A stretch of 64,000 bases of DNA from Podarcis muralis (taxonomy: Eukaryota). The stretch is taken from the NCBI RefSeq assembly GCF_964188315.1, contig NC_135658.1, forward strand, positions 22,072,001 through 22,136,000, read 5' to 3'. Below the pieces are notes generated by a model. It was not told where the DNA came from, searched no databases, and was given only the letters and a program-made list of their open reading frames with translations. Made by a program: the position numbers and the translations under genes. Positions within the stretch are counted from its first letter, which is position 1; every line of letters starts with the position of its first letter. Positions 59,341-64,000 of the stretch are shown here, piece after piece.

Positions 59341-61459
59341 AGCAAAATAAAGATCTAAAGATCTCGCTTGTCCCAGCTGCCGCCCAGCTCCTGGGCTGCT
59401 GGGCAGAGGCTGGGCCTGGGGCATGTGGAATGCACTCAGCGGCGGGGTGTAGCAGCCCCCTCAATTTTGGGTGGGTACTGCCCCCTGCCCAAAAATATTG
59501 GGGGAACTGAAGCCCACTCAGCCCCCTATACCCAGTGCGCCTGCTCCCTGGTTTCCATACCTGCTAAAAAGAGGCTGGAAAGGACAACCCAAATGTTCAA
59601 GGGGCTGGAGCAATGCCAACTTCAATGATAGGGTCACCATATTTGCAGCTTTTTAGTTTGGGAAAAAGGCGTGTAAGTGGGGGAACGAAAGAGGTGTGTG
59701 ATGCGGAAAAGTGGATGGAGAGGTGAGGAATTTCTCTTTCTCTCGTTAATTCTAGAATCACGGATCATTCAATGCCGAAAGATACAGGACAGGCAAAAGG
59801 AACTATTTCTTCACATGGTGCACAAACTGTAGAATCACCTCAAGACCTAATGATGGCCACCGATTTGGATGGTTTTAAAAAACAGAATAGGCAAAATTAT
59901 GGAAGATAAGCCCATTAATGGCTATGAGAAACAACGTACCTGTTTCTGGTGATCCCAAGCGGGAGAATGATGCTGTGCTCATTTCCTACTCATGGGATTT
60001 CCGTAGATGTATGGCTGGCCACTGTGAGAACAGAAAGCTGGACCAGAAGAGATTTTGATCCAGTAGGGCTTTCCTTATGGCAAGGAAGAGGTTTTGTGAT
60101 AGTGCTTAACAAATGAATTCCTAGCCTAGATGAAATCTGAACCAGGGACTTTCTTGCTCATAGTTCATTCCATGCTCCCCTATACCAGATCATCCCTCTA
60201 GCCTAGCTTACTATTTTAGTCCTGTCCAGTCATTCAGGTACTGAACATTAATGGTGTTGGTGGTGAAAGCTGGTTCATTTGCACTCCTGAACAGAGAATC
60301 GGAACAGTCCTGTGCAGACAATCAAATTAACCATGCATGCTTGTCAGGGGCAGAACGTTTCCTGCACACACCTATTCACACCCCATATGTGTACAGCTTC
60401 CACAGATACTGAACAACAGATCAGGGCTTTGATGTTTGAATCATAGACTTTTTAGAGTTGGAAGGAGCTGTCCAACTCACAGCTCAAAGCAGGAATCTGC
60501 AGAACTCCTGGCATATGGCTCCTGAAATACTACTAGGAATCAAGAGGCCCATCGCCTCCTGAGGAAGCCTGTTCCACTGTTAAGCAGCTTGCAGTATTAG
60601 GAAGTTTCTCCTAATGTTTAGCCAAAATCTGCTTCCATGCAAATTCCACCCATTAAATTGGTCTACCCTCTGGAGCAACAGAGAACAAGTCTGCTCTGTC
60701 TTCAGATATCCGAGGAAGACTCACATCATATCACCACTTATTGGCTTTTTGGTTTATTGTCTCTTATCTTTGGAAGGGCAGGTGTCTGATGGGTTTAGCG
60801 TTCATATTGTTGAGTTCTTCTTTTCAAGTTATTGTAGGACACCTTGCATAGGCATTTTCCAGAAAGGCAGTCCAAAAATATTTTAAAATGATAAAATAAA
60901 TCAATCTTCTCTTTTCCATATTAAATGCACCCTGCTCTTTCAGCTGCTCTCCATGGCATCATTTTTGTTGACTTCATCTGAACATCATCCCACTACCATC
61001 AGCAACAGTGGGAGTTGTGGTCCAACAACATTTGGAGACCCAGGCTTGGGAGGAGACTGCTCTAGCTTGCCGATGCCTTTCTTAAAATGTGGCAGTTGGA
61101 CCTGGATCCTGGAGGGATGGTTTGTGTGTGTGCATGGGCCACAGCCCTACTCAAGCCACTTGTTCTTCAGCTGAGTCCATTCACAGCGATGCACTTAGGC
61201 AATTATAAACTCTGGATTTAATGGTTTTATCCAAGGCTTTTTTCAGCTGGAGCTCACCGGAGCTCATCTCTGGCACCTCTCAAATGGGTGCCATTGTCAT
61301 TCTAAGAGTACAAAGGAAGCATTCATGGTGAGCTCTGGCACCTCTTTTTCGAACAAAAATAAAAATATGGCACTGGTTTTATCCCTCTCTGAGGGAGTTC
61401 TTCCTCAAAAGTGCTGCCCTGACTGTACTACTATCCCTTCAAATAAATAACGGATTAGT

Positions 61460-62000
61460 AAAGGAAGCGCGAAGAGGGAGGAGACCCAAGGGACCTGTCC
61501 ACACGTGTGTACTGAGGGGGAAACCATCCATCTGCCTTTTGCCCGTGTGGACTAGAGAACGCCTTCCCCGCACTGAGAGAGGGCGCGTGCACACGAGCGC
61601 GCCATGAGGGGCCGTCACTCCCTCATGAATTTGCGGCAGGGCCGTCTCTCTTCCGAACCCATCATCTGTGTGGCGCGCGTTAAGTAACCCTGGGCGCCCA
61701 AAGGCGCTGAAAAGCGCGCGCTCCGCCGCCGCCATCCCCGTTGTGTGCGCGAGTGTGTGTGTGTGTTTGTGTATCTGCTGAGGGGCGCCAGGGCGGGAAG
61801 GAAGGAGGGAGGGAGGGTAGCGGCGGTCGGAGCAGGAAGGCGGGAGGAATAGCGCATGTCTTCATTTCTGAGCGCAGCCACTAGACTCCTCTCTCCCCAG
61901 CACCACCAAACTCTCCACCATCTTTTGCATGTGAAACATTTGCAGCCGGACAGAAACCTCTGCCAGGGCTATGGAGACTGCGGGAAAAATCCGCCTCAGC
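61460..62000 (+). promoter_or_regulatory. GRIA4: CpG-island promoter and 5' UTR region of GRIA4
   Basis: Abrupt rise in GC and CpG (GCGCGCGCTCCGCCGCCGCC, GGCGGGAAG) directly upstream of the GRIA4 start codon, against a CpG-depleted background. Confidence 0.7.
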
Positions 62001-62278
62001 AGGATGGCTTGCTGAGGGGAAGAAGGAAGGCGGGAGGGAAGAGAGAGAGAGCTTTATCCAGAGACGAAAGGGACGAAAGAAGAAGGGGGGAGAGAAAGAG
62101 AAGGGAGGGGGAGGGGGAAAAAACCACCCACCCTCTTCTCTTTTCTTCCCTACCCCATTTTTAATTTTTTTCCCTCCCTCCCCCCTTTTCTCAATTTTGT
62201 GTCCTGCCCCCCCTTCCCTCCCCCACCACCAGCGTGTCCTCAATGCCTCTCTGAACAACATCTAGGGAGAGAGCGTGA

Positions 62279-62683
<405 letters not shown>

Positions 62684-63661
62684 TGAATGCGTGCGTGTTG
62701 TGTATAGTGTGTTGGCAAACTTGGGAAGATGCTCTCTGAGCCAACCCCCCCCCCCGCAAGGCTCACCCTTGAGCTGCCTGCATCCCCAATTCAGGATGCT
62801 CTGTGGAACCTCGTCTAGCACAGCCTGCACGTTGCAGTAACCTATTTGCCACGGAGCGGGAGGAGGGATAGCTCTTCTTGCTTCAGAGCCTTTCCGGGCA
62901 CTACTTGGAAACTTAGAGCATTTCCAGCCCCCCCCCCCCCTGCTAATGTCGATATTCCCAACCCCCTGGCCTCCCCCTGCCTAGCACCAGCTTGGGTCTG
63001 TGCCTCTTCTCTGCCTGGTCCAGGTTGCCTTCCCTTTCTGCTTCCCCCCCATCTTTGGATGGGACGCAGCTCTTGAATCCCTTCCAGTTGCAGCTCCATC
63101 ACTGCATCATTTCTCATGCACTCCAAAAGGTGTTGCTAATAAGGCTGCCGGCCCATAGGCTGCAGAGGGACAAAGTTCGTGGTGCTCCACTTCCCTATAG
63201 ATTATTCTCCCTGGTGTCCCAAGGTAAATGCACATCTGCACAGGCACACAGAAAGGGAACGTGCCCGTATACCCCCCAACAGATGTCTCGATAGAAGATC
63301 CACTCTTTAATCCGCCTGCCACTGAATACCAGGGAGGGCCAATTTAGCAATGTGTTCAACGTTAACAGAGATGGATGCTAAATGGTTTCAAAGGTCGCTC
63401 TCATCACAAGAGATATGGCTATTTAAGGGATGCAGGACCAGTGCAGCTTGGGAGCCCCACTATGGGAAAAACAGGAGCTGGGGTCCTGAAAGTCTCGTAA
63501 ACCTCATATCTCAGTGTGCATAAACATGTATTTTTTACAAGGAGGACCTAAAGATGCTGTTTAATAATAATGTAGAGCTGTTTTCACTATAGCTGCTGCC
63601 TGACACAGAAACAATTAACTGTGACACTTTTTATTGTTTGGTATCATTTATCTATTGGTAG

Positions 63662-63820
63662 GTGGCCTCTTCATCCGAAACACAGATCAGGAATATACTG
63701 CTTTTCGATTAGCAATTTTTCTTCACAACACCAGCCCCAACGCATCTGAAGCACCTTTTAATTTGGTTCCTCATGTAGACAACATTGAAACAGCAAACAG
63801 CTTCGCTGTAACAAATGCCT
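63662..63820 (+). CDS. GRIA4: GRIA4 second coding exon
   Basis: Acceptor TAG|, a 159-nt phase-1 exon encoding [52 protein letters not shown], and donor |GTAAGT. It is in frame with the first coding exon. Confidence 0.95.
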
Positions 63821-64000
63821 GTAAGTAAAAAAAAAAAAGTCATTTATGTAAAGTTGCCGTCAGATGACAGTGAAATTAAGAAGAGAAAGCATAATTACAT
63901 TCCTCTTCAGTTTCAAAGTCCCCGTTCCCTGAATGCATTGAAACCCTAGTTAGTTTCTATCCTTGGTGAAATCCCTTAGGCTTCCTTGTACTGACTAACT

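Noticed and set aside
61993-62016. Inverted repeat CTCAGCA...TGCTGAG in the GRIA4 5' region
   Set aside because: A 7-bp stem is expected by chance in GC-rich sequence, and there is no further support.

Overview
Vertebrate genomic DNA, most likely from a lacertid lizard (inferred from a Podarcis-type Sauria SINE, Squam2/Squam3-like SINEs, and BovB, L2, L1 and CR1 LINEs). The main feature is a tandem array of five full-length, single-coding-exon ADAM metalloprotease-disintegrin genes of the ADAM20/21/29/30 testis type, all on the minus strand. Four copies lie in ~6.6-6.8 kb repeat units (4.5-27 kb) and a fifth, more diverged copy sits at 50.8-53.0 kb after a ~24 kb TE-rich interval. All five keep an intact HExxHxxGxxH zinc motif. 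Their differences concentrate in the substrate-binding segments of the protease domain, while the C-terminal half is almost invariant, and the copies are mosaics of one another. Each coding exon starts at a conserved 3' splice acceptor, with a perfect TACTAAC branch point in four copies. The window ends at the GC/CpG-rich promoter and first two coding exons of GRIA4 (plus strand, head-to-head with the array). The rest is transposable elements, many with readable TSDs, plus two assembly gaps. All counts are by hand; no searches were run.
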